Below are positions 15,252-25,200 of a stretch of 51,534 bases of DNA, piece by piece. The stretch is from the NCBI GenBank assembly GCA_964554485.1, contig CAZKOX010000001.1:75363-126896 (forward strand), in the 5' to 3' direction. This DNA is from an uncultured Candidatus Saccharibacteria bacterium. Lineage in GTDB: Bacteria > Patescibacteriota > Saccharimonadia > Saccharimonadales > JAGQMS01. The notes under the pieces are model-generated. The model was not told the DNA's origin. It ran no database searches and saw only the letters and a list, made by a program, of their open reading frames with translations. Position 1 is the stretch's first letter, and every line of letters starts with the position of its first letter. The translations under genes and the position numbers were made by a program.

Positions 15252-18200
15252 ATGCAACAAAAAGTTATAAAAGCGATAAAAAACAAACTATTTCATTTGG
15301 CATTATTTGGTGCGCTACTGCTATTGGTACTGCTTAGCATTAATAATAAATCTGTGCATGCTACAACCTATAGGGACACTATCCTTGCCGAGCCTACGCT
15401 ACTGAACTATTGGCCGATGGATGAGGCTTCTGGTGCTACAAGCCTAAGTCCGGCAGCAGGTGGTACGGTAATTAATCTTACAGGGGCTACGGTAGGTTTA
15501 AGTGGTCAAGTCGACGGAACGGCAGTCTCGTTTAATGGCACAACAAACTTCGGTGTGACCGCATCAAATCTTGACTATACTTCGTACAGTAAACTTGTCG
15601 TTGAAGCACTAATCTTTGTTAGCAGTTACGATAACTCAATACGTATAACTTGGGAACTAAGTCCCTCGGCACTTTCTAATCAAGGAGCATTTTATTTTGC
15701 CCAGGATGTAGGCGGAACTAACAGCCCAACACTTAAGGGTGACGGGGGGTTTAATAACGCAGAATATACTAGACCATCTGCTGGGCAATGGCATCTTTTT
15801 ACGATGGTATACGACACAAGCCCTGGCTCCAATGAAGTAGAAGCATATATTGACGGCGACCTGCAGACTCCTACGAGTAGGCCATTTAACGTAAATAACA
15901 CAAATAACTTTGGAAACTTTGCCTTGTACTTAATGTCGCGAGGCGGTGGAAGTTTTTTTAGCGCTGGCAAGATGCAACACCTGGCAATATATAGTGACCT
16001 GAGTAGTAGCCAGATTGCATTGCATGCTCAAGCAGCGGGTTTGCGCGAACTTCTTCCTGGTACGCTTTCAGAAAGTTCTCGAACCACTACAAGTGCTACG
16101 GTCAGTTGGACTAGCGCAAGCAATGTGTTTAATCCACCTATTATCGCTCAACTACAGCGATCTGCCCATGGTGCGAACAGTTGGTCGAACGTTTCTGGTG
16201 CAACAAGTAGTCCGGCAGTAGACACAGGCTTGAGTGTAGATACAAGCTACGATTATCGAGTTGCTTATACGGACGCTACTGCAACAACTGTGTATTCAAA
16301 TACGCTCGTAGTTACGACCATGAAAGTCTATCCACCGTATACAGCAAATTCTGACACCGTAATTGTTGGTCCGTATGATACAGCCAGATCTGGTGCTGGC
16401 AATTGGAGCCCCGGAGCTGCCGGTTCTGTCCAGTGGCTTGTAGATGGTCATCAATATCGGGTCAGACAATCAGGAACAATCAATCGGCTTAGAATATATA
16501 CACCAAATAATACGAATCTCACTGGATTTTATCTACAAATATGGAGAAAAAATGGTACTACATACGATTTGGTCGGCCAAAGCAACAATATCGCTAGTAG
16601 TTTAGCAAATGCCAGCTTCTCAACTGTAGATTTATTAACCCCAATTTCGGGAGTTCAGATTGGCGATTTTTATGGGGCGCGTATGGAAACATCAGGTTCT
16701 GCTGCAAGTTTTTATGCATATAACCCTGGTAGCGTGGTTAGTAAATTTATCGTAAACCAAACTGCTTCGTTGACAGGGATGGATTGGGCAGCCCAATTTT
16801 CTTCAGCAACTGTCGTACCGATTGAAATGTATATGAGTCCTGCGCCACAAGTAGTGTTTATTGGTGACTCAATTTTCCAGGGCGTTCCTGGTAATTATAG
16901 TTTTTTGGATCCGACTGATACTACAAATTTAGCATCTTCGATCGAGGGTCAGTTTAGTGGTATAACGGGATATACCTATCAGAACATGGGTAAGGGAAGT
17001 GATACAACTGCGATTATAACCTCACGTTTTACCAATGACGTTATAAATTTGCACCCCAGAATCGTTGTTATGGAAGGTGGCGTGAATGATATATATGGTG
17101 GTGCGGTCACAAAGGCGCAATTTTTGGCTAACTGGACTACAAATCTTGCCGCCGCTCAAGCCAGCAGCAGCATTTCGAAAATATTGGTTTTAAAAATTTT
17201 GCCCTGGACTAATGGCACGAATGTACAGAATCAAACGAGAGATGATTGGAACGCTGCTTTAGAAACACTAGTTGCAAACTACTCTAAAGCTACAGTGGTG
17301 GACGCAAGCACATATGTAGGCCAATTTAGATCTGGGGGTGACGTAGGGAATCTATGGGATATACAAACAGCATTTAGCGCCGATGGCGTTCATTTTAACC
17401 AAACCGGACATGGCCAGATTGCTCAGGCGCTAGTGGATTCCATCGATACTACGATACCAACCATTACTAATATCTCTTCTAATAAGGTTAATGGTTATTA
17501 CAAAACAGGGGAAGTCATAGATATTGATATTACTTTTTCTGAAGCCGTAAGCTCGACTGGCGACGTGACAGTAACATTAGAAACTGGAGCAACCGACCGG
17601 ACTTGTACATTTACTGTCACTAGCAGCACAACCGGTACCTGCAACTATACTGTTCAAGCCGGGGATGCGTCAGATGACCTCACAGTTAGCTTAATTTCTG
17701 GTACTATCGCCGACGAAGTTGAAAACTCTATGTCCGTCTTTAGCCCTGTGACAAATCTTGCGGCGAATAAGACATTGATTATTGATACGAGAGCGCCAAC
17801 GATATCAGCCGTTACGCTAATATCATCCCCGACAAGTGATGTCACTCCAAGTTACGCCTTTACGACTGACGAGACTGGCACTGTCGGTTATGGCGGCGCT
17901 TGCAGCTCAACAACTACAACCGCGCTTGCTGGGGTTAACATCGTTACTTTTATATCATTAGCCGATGGAACATATACCAATTGTACGATTACAATTACCG
18001 ACACAGCTACAAATGTATCTAATACGCTAGCAGTAGCCAGCTTTACTATCGATACCTCTACGCCTGCATCAACATCAGCGCCTGCTCCTGTGACTGCAAC
18101 TTCTTCGACAATCGATGATATCCCTGAACCAGAAGTTGAGCAGGTAAGATATAACACAGTCACTTTCGCTAACTCTAGTAACGGTGCCGCTATCCAGCTT

Positions 18201-18686
18201 GAAACCCCTGAAGGCACTACAATAACTTGTTCTGCCTCAGTAGCTGAGAGTACGCTAAGTAACCAAGATTCTGAACATAGTTACCCCGTGGGACTAGTCG
18301 ACTTCTGCCTTACTGTACCTATCGGATCAACTAACACTATAAAACTAACATTTGTAACTAATCTTGCCCTAGATGACGTAATGGCGTTTAAATTCAGCAA
18401 CGAAGTCGGCACATATACAGAAGTGCGGAATGCAACTATTACAGAAACAATGTTAGGTAATCAGCGTGCCTTGTTGGTTGCTTACCAGGTAACAGATGGC
18501 GGCGAACTAGACGGCGACAGTACTGTAAACGGGACAATTCTTGATCCAATTGGGTTGGCTGCTTCTAATGATCCAGAGTCCAGTATCAGTACAACGACTC
18601 CACCGTATTTGTTGATTACGCTTAGCATAATTGGAGTTAGTGGGTTACTTATATTTATAGCAGCTAACATTAGGGCTAGGCGCTAG
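15252..18686 (+). CDS. Large surface protein: signal peptide, LamG/ConA-like, FN3, SGNH hydrolase, Ig-like repeats, choice-of-anchor-U-like domain, C-terminal TM
   Basis: Signal ending VHA; LLNYWPMDE..WHLFTMVYD..YIDG (LamG); FIGDSI, GGVND and DGVH (SGNH blocks); DGGELDGDSTVNGTILDP; hydrophobic tail plus RARR. Confidence 0.8.
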   Translation: MQQKVIKAIKNKLFHLALFGALLLLVLLSINNKSVHATTYRDTILAEPTLLNYWPMDEASGATSLSPAAGGTVINLTGATVGLSGQVDGTAVSFNGTTNFGVTASNLDYTSYSKLVVEALIFVSSYDNSIRITWELSPSALSNQGAFYFAQDVGGTNSPTLKGDGGFNNAEYTRPSAGQWHLFTMVYDTSPGSNEVEAYIDGDLQTPTSRPFNVNNTNNFGNFALYLMSRGGGSFFSAGKMQHLAIYSDLSSSQIALHAQAAGLRELLPGTLSESSRTTTSATVSWTSASNVFNPPIIAQLQRSAHGANSWSNVSGATSSPAVDTGLSVDTSYDYRVAYTDATATTVYSNTLVVTTMKVYPPYTANSDTVIVGPYDTARSGAGNWSPGAAGSVQWLVDGHQYRVRQSGTINRLRIYTPNNTNLTGFYLQIWRKNGTTYDLVGQSNNIASSLANASFSTVDLLTPISGVQIGDFYGARMETSGSAASFYAYNPGSVVSKFIVNQTASLTGMDWAAQFSSATVVPIEMYMSPAPQVVFIGDSIFQGVPGNYSFLDPTDTTNLASSIEGQFSGITGYTYQNMGKGSDTTAIITSRFTNDVINLHPRIVVMEGGVNDIYGGAVTKAQFLANWTTNLAAAQASSSISKILVLKILPWTNGTNVQNQTRDDWNAALETLVANYSKATVVDASTYVGQFRSGGDVGNLWDIQTAFSADGVHFNQTGHGQIAQALVDSIDTTIPTITNISSNKVNGYYKTGEVIDIDITFSEAVSSTGDVTVTLETGATDRTCTFTVTSSTTGTCNYTVQAGDASDDLTVSLISGTIADEVENSMSVFSPVTNLAANKTLIIDTRAPTISAVTLISSPTSDVTPSYAFTTDETGTVGYGGACSSTTTTALAGVNIVTFISLADGTYTNCTITITDTATNVSNTLAVASFTIDTSTPASTSAPAPVTATSSTIDDIPEPEVEQVRYNTVTFANSSNGAAIQLETPEGTTITCSASVAESTLSNQDSEHSYPVGLVDFCLTVPIGSTNTIKLTFVTNLALDDVMAFKFSNEVGTYTEVRNATITETMLGNQRALLVAYQVTDGGELDGDSTVNGTILDPIGLAASNDPESSISTTTPPYLLITLSIIGVSGLLIFIAANIRARR

Positions 18687-18736
18687 CTTAACCAGAAACT
18701 ACTATGCAAACCAGCTATAAATTACTAAATATGCAG

Positions 18737-18848
18737 TAAAATGAAAGCAAATATGTCACAAATTACACAAAGCTACAAAGGAACAAGAGATTTTTACCCC
18801 GAAGATAAACGCCTCCAGAAATGGATGTTTGGCGTAATGCGGTCGGCT
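18737..18848 (+). repeat. 112-bp direct repeat (right copy, start of intact hisS)
   Basis: Identical to 15014-15125. Confidence 0.95.
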
Positions 18849-20072
18849 GTTGAGAGATTTGGCTACGAAGAATATGATGCACCGGTATTGGAAAGCACTG
18901 AGCTTTTCAAAATGAAAGGTAGCGAAGAAATTATTGACGACCAAACCTATACCTTTGAAGATCGTGGTGGCCGTAGTGTTACGCTTCGCACCGAAATGAC
19001 CCCGAGCGTTAGTCGAATGGTAGCTGCCAAACGTCAAGAGCTGGCGTATCCGCTGCGTTGGTATTCAATTCCGAACCTGTGGCGCTATGAAAGACCGCAG
19101 CGTGGACGACTTCGCGAATTCTGGCAACTAAACGTTGATATTTTTGGTGTTGAAGGACTAGAAGCTGAATTTGAAGTTATTCAAGTGGCGGATTCGATCA
19201 TGCAAGCATTTAATGCAAAGCGCGCCAGCTACACAATCAAACTTAATAGCCGAGTATTTGTTGATGAATTATTAACGAAATACATCGGTCTTGACGGTGT
19301 AGAAGTAAACACTATTCGCAGATTAATTGATAAAAAAGACAAACTTGAGCAGACGGAATTTGCGGCCGGCGTCGATGCAGCCATGAATCCTACGCAGCGT
19401 GAAAGCGGTGCATCCGATAAGCTTTTAGCAGTTTTAGGTGCTAAGTCGGTTGCTGAATTGCCAGAGGATCTAAGAAATGTCGCAAGTCTTCAAAAACTAA
19501 CTAAACTACTCGGTCAGTTAAGAGATTCTGGAATCACCAATGTTGAGTTTGACGTGAGTTTAATGCGTGGGTTTGACTATTACACCGATATTGTTTTTGA
19601 AGTATTTGACGAAAACCCTGAAAATAATCGTTCGATGTTTGGCGGTGGTCGTTATGACGGCCTAGTTGGTCTGTTCGGTGTGGAACCTGTGCCGACGGTT
19701 GGTTTTGGAATGGGAGATGTGACTCTTGAGAACTTCTTGAGAGATAACGACCTAATACCAAAGCTAAAAACCGAAACTGAACTGTATATTGCACTAATCG
19801 GTGATGTGTTTGTCGATGCACAAAAACTAATTACAAAGCTTCGTGACGAGGGAGTAAGCGTTGCAGTTGATGTCACAGACCGAAAACTCGGTAAACAGAT
19901 AGAAACAGCCGTAAAAAAAGGCATTCAGTATCTGTTGGTAATTGGCGAAGAAGAGCTGAAAACCGAGAAGTTTAAGTTGAAAGATCTACAAACTGGCAAC
20001 GAGGATGAGCGCTCTCTAGAACGAATCGTTTCAATTGTGCGCGCTAGAGGTGACAAATCTTTAATTGATTGA
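18741..20072 (+). CDS. hisS: Histidine--tRNA ligase
   Basis: KGTRDF, LRTEMT, RYERPQRGRLREFWQ, RGFDYYT, GGGRYD, anticodon-binding domain. Confidence 0.97.
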   Translation: MKANMSQITQSYKGTRDFYPEDKRLQKWMFGVMRSAVERFGYEEYDAPVLESTELFKMKGSEEIIDDQTYTFEDRGGRSVTLRTEMTPSVSRMVAAKRQELAYPLRWYSIPNLWRYERPQRGRLREFWQLNVDIFGVEGLEAEFEVIQVADSIMQAFNAKRASYTIKLNSRVFVDELLTKYIGLDGVEVNTIRRLIDKKDKLEQTEFAAGVDAAMNPTQRESGASDKLLAVLGAKSVAELPEDLRNVASLQKLTKLLGQLRDSGITNVEFDVSLMRGFDYYTDIVFEVFDENPENNRSMFGGGRYDGLVGLFGVEPVPTVGFGMGDVTLENFLRDNDLIPKLKTETELYIALIGDVFVDAQKLITKLRDEGVSVAVDVTDRKLGKQIETAVKKGIQYLLVIGEEELKTEKFKLKDLQTGNEDERSLERIVSIVRARGDKSLID

Positions 20073-20086
20073 TAGACTAGCCTTCT

Positions 20087-21376
20087 ATGCAGGTAAAAAC
20101 TGAAAAAATTTCTGAGACTAAATATAAGTTAAACGTCGCAATTGACGAGGCGACCTTAAAGTTAGCAAAAACTCACACCATTACTAAACTTGGTCAAAAT
20201 GTTAAGGTTGCTGGGTTTAGAGCTGGCAATGCACCACTTCACCTAATTGAAAAAGCCATCGACCAACAACAGCTTCAAGCTGAATTTATTGATGACGCTC
20301 TAAACCACGCCTACCGACAAGCAATAACTGAAGCAAAACTACGACCAGTATTGCCACCTACAGTGAGCTTAACTAAGTTTGTACCATACTCGACTTTAGA
20401 ATTTACGGCTATGGTTGAGGTTTTGGGCAAGATCGTAGTTGCTGACTATAAGAAGCTTAAAATGACTCGCCCAATTGCAAAAGTTGAGGTTGAAGAGGTC
20501 GAAAAAGTCATTGCAAATATGCGCCGTCAAATGGCTGAAAAAACAGATGTTAAGCGTCCAGCCAAGAACGATGACGAAGTTTGGATCGATTTTGAGGGCG
20601 TTGACGACAAGAAAAAACCAGTAAAAGGAGCAGACGGCAAAGACTATCCATTACTTTTAGGTAGTAAAACCTTTATTCCTGGATTCGAAGAACAACTTGT
20701 TGGCGTCAGTGCCGGTGATGAAAAAACCTTTACCCTAACTTTTCCTAGCGATTATGGCGTTAAAGCCATGCAAGGCAAAAAAGTTACTTTCAAGGTAACT
20801 GTTGAAAACGTTAAAGAAGTTAAGCTTCCAGAACTTACTGACGAATTTGTTGCGAAAGTTAGCCCCGTAAAGACCGTTAAAGACTTAAAAGACGATATTA
20901 AAAAAGAACTTGGTGTTGAGAAACAGAAGCAGGCAGACAATGATTTCGAGGCCGAAATTATTAATGCCGTCACGCTAAAGTCAAAATTGGACATTCCAGA
21001 AGGACTACTTGAAGAGCAAGCAAGCGCAATATTAGCTGAGCTCCAGCGCAACATTACCTACCGTGGTCTTACTATGCAAGAATATCTAGACGACGCCGGA
21101 ATGACTGCCGAAGAGCAAAAAGCTAAAGAGATAATGCCGGAGGCCGAACGCCGCTTAAAAGCCGGTTTAGTCTTATCTGAGATTGCCGACCAAGAGAATA
21201 TTACCGTTACAGACGAAGAAATAGAAAGTCGCCTGCAGAATCTAAAAAGCCAGTATCATAATGACCCTAAGATGATTGCAGAACTTGAAAAACCAGAAAA
21301 CCGCGGTGATATCGCCGCCCGACTTCTAACTGAAAAAACCATCGTCTACCTAGTCAAACAAGTTTCAAATAATTAG
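20087..21376 (+). CDS. tig: Trigger factor
   Basis: GFRAGNAP ribosome-binding motif, FKBP domain (FIPGFEEQLVG). Confidence 0.96.
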   Translation: MQVKTEKISETKYKLNVAIDEATLKLAKTHTITKLGQNVKVAGFRAGNAPLHLIEKAIDQQQLQAEFIDDALNHAYRQAITEAKLRPVLPPTVSLTKFVPYSTLEFTAMVEVLGKIVVADYKKLKMTRPIAKVEVEEVEKVIANMRRQMAEKTDVKRPAKNDDEVWIDFEGVDDKKKPVKGADGKDYPLLLGSKTFIPGFEEQLVGVSAGDEKTFTLTFPSDYGVKAMQGKKVTFKVTVENVKEVKLPELTDEFVAKVSPVKTVKDLKDDIKKELGVEKQKQADNDFEAEIINAVTLKSKLDIPEGLLEEQASAILAELQRNITYRGLTMQEYLDDAGMTAEEQKAKEIMPEAERRLKAGLVLSEIADQENITVTDEEIESRLQNLKSQYHNDPKMIAELEKPENRGDIAARLLTEKTIVYLVKQVSNN

Positions 21377-21399
21377 CACTCTTGACACTAAAGTGCCAA
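21373..21399. promoter_or_regulatory. CIRCE element upstream of clpP (overlaps the tig stop)
   Basis: TTAGCACTC-ttgacacta-AAGTGCCAA; two mismatches in the right arm. Confidence 0.8.
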
Positions 21400-21410
21400 T
21401 TATATAAACT
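21382..21410 (+). promoter_or_regulatory. sigma70 promoter of clpP
   Basis: TTGACA-17nt-TAAACT, with the -35 box inside the CIRCE spacer. Confidence 0.75.
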
Positions 21411-21436
21411 TATAACTATTAAATACAGGGGTAAAT

Positions 21437-22015
21437 ATGTTGATTCCTACAGTTATTGAGACAGATGGTAGAGGTGAGCGAGCGTATGATATTTATTCTC
21501 GTCTTTTAAAAGACCGTATTGTTTTTGTCGGTGAAGATATCGAACCGCATACCGCTAATCTGATTATTGCTCAAATTCTTTTCCTAGAAAACGAAGATCC
21601 CAAAAAAGACATAATTATGTATATCAACAGCCCGGGCGGTTCGATTTATGATGCTTTGGCGATCTATGACACGATGCAATACGTTAAGCCGGATATCCAG
21701 ACCGTTGGTATTGGCCTACAAGCCAGTGCTGCCGCCTTCTTACTATGCTCTGGAACTAAAGGCAAAAGATCAATTTTACCTAATGGAACAGTCATGATTC
21801 ATCAGCCACGATCTGGAACTAAAGGCGTTATTACAGACATGGAAATTAGCCTAAAAGAAGGTCTTAGACTTAAGAAGCGCATGAACGAGATAATGTCGCA
21901 AAATACCGGTCAGCCAATTAAGAAGATTACTGAAGATATGGAACGTGATCTTTGGATGAGCCCAGAAGATGCTAAAAAGTACGGTCTTGTTGATAAAATT
22001 ATTACCAAGAGATAG
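21437..22015 (+). CDS. clpP: ATP-dependent Clp protease proteolytic subunit
   Basis: [19 protein letters not shown]; catalytic Ser (ASAA), His (IHQP), Asp (ERD). Confidence 0.97.
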   Translation: MLIPTVIETDGRGERAYDIYSRLLKDRIVFVGEDIEPHTANLIIAQILFLENEDPKKDIIMYINSPGGSIYDALAIYDTMQYVKPDIQTVGIGLQASAAAFLLCSGTKGKRSILPNGTVMIHQPRSGTKGVITDMEISLKEGLRLKKRMNEIMSQNTGQPIKKITEDMERDLWMSPEDAKKYGLVDKIITKR

Positions 22016-22041
22016 TAAAACTTATTACCTCAAATTTTCTG

Positions 22042-22070
22042 TTGACAAAGTATAATCACTAGGGCACAAT
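22042..22070 (+). promoter_or_regulatory. Putative rpoBC promoter
   Basis: TTGACA-17nt-CACAAT. Confidence 0.65.
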
Positions 22071-22201
22071 ACTACGCGAAGAAGTAGGGTAAGTGGGCCT
22101 TTGCTCGAGACCGTCTGAATCTCGGGCTTTTAGGTTCTGCTAGTTAGCTTCACTCAAAGCATTATCAACTATTTAAGCAGAACGAATGGAGTCTTTTTAA
22201 C

Positions 22202-25200
22202 TTGAAGGCACAAGCTAAAACTACGACAAAAACAAAAAACTTAAATGTATTAACTAACTCTGGTCGAGTTAGTTTTACTGACGCAAAAGATATTGACCTA
22301 CCAAATTTAGTAGATCATCAAACAAAATCGTTCCAATGGTTCGTTGACGAAGGTCTTGGCGAGCTTTTCGCTGAAATTTATCCGATCGACGACTATACTG
22401 GTACAAAACTATCCCTACGTTTTAAAAGTTATCACTTTGAGCCGCCAAAGATCTCAGAAGCTGAGGCTCGAGAAAACAATGTTAGCTACGACGCTCCACT
22501 AAAAGCTATTGTTGAGTTAACAAATAAGGTTACGGGCGAAGTTAAAGAACAAGAAATCTACCTTGGTGACTACCCATGGATGACAGAGCGCGGTACTTTT
22601 GTAATTAATGGTGCTGAACGCGTTGTTGTTAGCCAGCTGATTCGATCATCTGGCGTTTTCTTTACTTCAACGACTCACGGAGCTAAAAACCTCTATGGTG
22701 CAAAAGTTATTCCTGGACGTGGTGCATGGTTAGAATTTGAAACAGCCGCATCTGGAGCTTTGTACGTCAAGATTGACCGCCGTCGCAAACTTCCAGTTAC
22801 AACTCTACTTCGCGCTCTTGGTATGAGCGACCAACAGATGAAAGAAGCCTTCAAGCACGTCGATAGCGGCGAAGTAAGCTTACTTGATATAACTCTTGAA
22901 AAAGATCCTGCTAAAGGGGCTAATGAAGCTCTAATCGAAGTTTATAGACGACTTCGACCAGGCGATCTTGCAACTGTAGATAACGCCCGTGGTCTTATTG
23001 AAAACATGTTTTATAACTACAAGCGCTTCGACTTCAGTCGAGTTGGTCGTTATAAGCTAAACAAGCGACTTGACCTTGATGTGCCTAACACTGCCGAAAA
23101 CCGAGTTATGCGACTCGATGATCTTACAGCTATCATTGCTGAGATTATTCGCCTTCATAACACTCAGGAAGCAGCTGATGATATTGATTCATTAGACTCA
23201 CGACGCGTCAAACTTGTTGGTGAACAGGTTCAAAGACAATTTAGAATTGGTTTACTTCGAATGGAGCGCAATGCTAAGGATCGAATGAGCATGTGCGAAA
23301 TCGAAACAGTTATGCCAGCTCAGCTTATTAACGCCCGACCAGTGGTTGCGGCCGTTCGTGAGTTTTTTGCTAGCTCACAACTTAGCCAGTTCATGAAACA
23401 GGTTAACCCATTGAGCGAACTAGCTCACAAGCGACGTCTTAGTTCTATGGGACCAGGTGGTCTTAGCCGAGAACGTGCAGGTTTCGAAGTGCGAGATGCG
23501 CACGCTACTCACTACGGTCGTATCTGTGTCATTGAAACTCCGGAAGGTGCAAACATCGGTCTAGTACTTAACCTTGCTGCATATGCACGAGTTAACGACT
23601 ACGGATTTATCGAAACTCCTTACCGAAAAGTAATTAACGCCGTAACTGCCAAAAATGCTGTTGGACATATTGCCAGCGTCAACCTAGAAGACGAAAAAGG
23701 TAAAATCCTTGTAAAAGCTGGAAATAAAATTACTGCAGATGATGCTAAAAAACTTGCGGCTATTAAAACTCAGGTTACATGGCCTGTTAAAGCCAAAGTT
23801 TCAAATGAAATTGTTTATGTAGATGCTTCAGAAGAAAAAAGTGCAGTTATCGCCGGCGCAGGCAACAAAGTCGACAAAGATGGTTACTTCGTTGAAGATC
23901 GAGTTTCGGCGCGCAATCGCCTAGTTGCCGGTGAAGTTGACGCTAATGAAGTTACTCACATCGATGCTTCAGACAAACAAATTGCTGGAACTAGCGCTGG
24001 ACTTATTCCGTTTATCGAAAAAGACTACGTGCTTCGTTCACTTATTGGTTCAAACCAGCAACAACAGGCTGTGCCACTACTACGACCACAGTCACCGATT
24101 GTGGCATCCGGACTTGAAGAAGCTGTTGCTCGAAACTCTGGCCAGTTAATCTTAGCTGAGGCGGATGGAGTTGTCGAAAAAGCAACTGCCGATGATGTAG
24201 TTGTTAAATACGGTAAAAACTCTGTTCACTATCACCCGCTGCACTATGTACGCAGTAACGAAGGCACAAGCATTACTCAGCGTCCAGTTGTTAATACTGG
24301 CGATAAAGTAAAAGCTGGTGACCCAATTATTGAAGGTATGTCAGTCGAGAATGGTGAATTAGCACTTGGTAAAGACGTTACTGTGGCATTTATGCCATGG
24401 GCTGGATACAACTTTGAAGACGCCATCGTTATTTCTAACCGTCTAGTCTCTGAAGATGTTTTAACGAGCATTAATATTGTAGATTACATGACAGAGGTTC
24501 GCGAGACAAAGCTTGGCCCTGAAATTGTTACACGAGATATCCCAAATGTGTCTGAAGACGCTCTTCGACATCTTGACGAAGAAGGTATTGTTCGCATCGG
24601 TGCCGAAGTACATCCTGGCGATATCCTTGTCGGAAAAATTACTCCAAAAGGTGAACAAGAGCTTTCGAGTGAAGAGCGTTTGCTCCGAGCTATCTTTGGC
24701 GAAAAAGCTAAAGAAGTCCGAGATACTTCACAACGCATGAGTAACGGCAAACACGGTAAAGTTGTCGGAGTTAAGATCTTTAGTCGTGCCAATGGTCACG
24801 AGCTAAAAGCTGGAGTTTTGATGCAAGTTCAGGTTTTCGTTGCTCAAATGCGCAAAATTCAGGTTGGTGACAAATTAGCTGGACGACACGGTAACAAAGG
24901 TGTTATTGCTCGCGTACTACCTGCTGAAGACATGCCATTCATGGAAGACGGAACTCCGGTTGATGTAGTACTTAACCCACTTGGTGTGCCGTCACGTAGA
25001 AACATCGGACAGTTGTTCGAAGTTCACCTTGGCATGGCCGCTGCCGCACTTGGTATGAAGGTTGTCTCTCCTCCATTTAACGGTGTTCCTGGCGACAAGA
25101 TTAAAGAACTTCTTGTTCAAGCAGGTCTACCGGAAGATGGCAAGATTCAGCTATATGACGGCCGAACTGGCGATGTTTTCAAAGAGAAAACTGCAGTCGG

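Noticed and set aside
22051-22056. Perfect TATAAT as the rpoB -10 box
   Set aside because: Only 3 nt from TTGACA; CACAAT at the 17-nt spacing is the geometrically valid partner.
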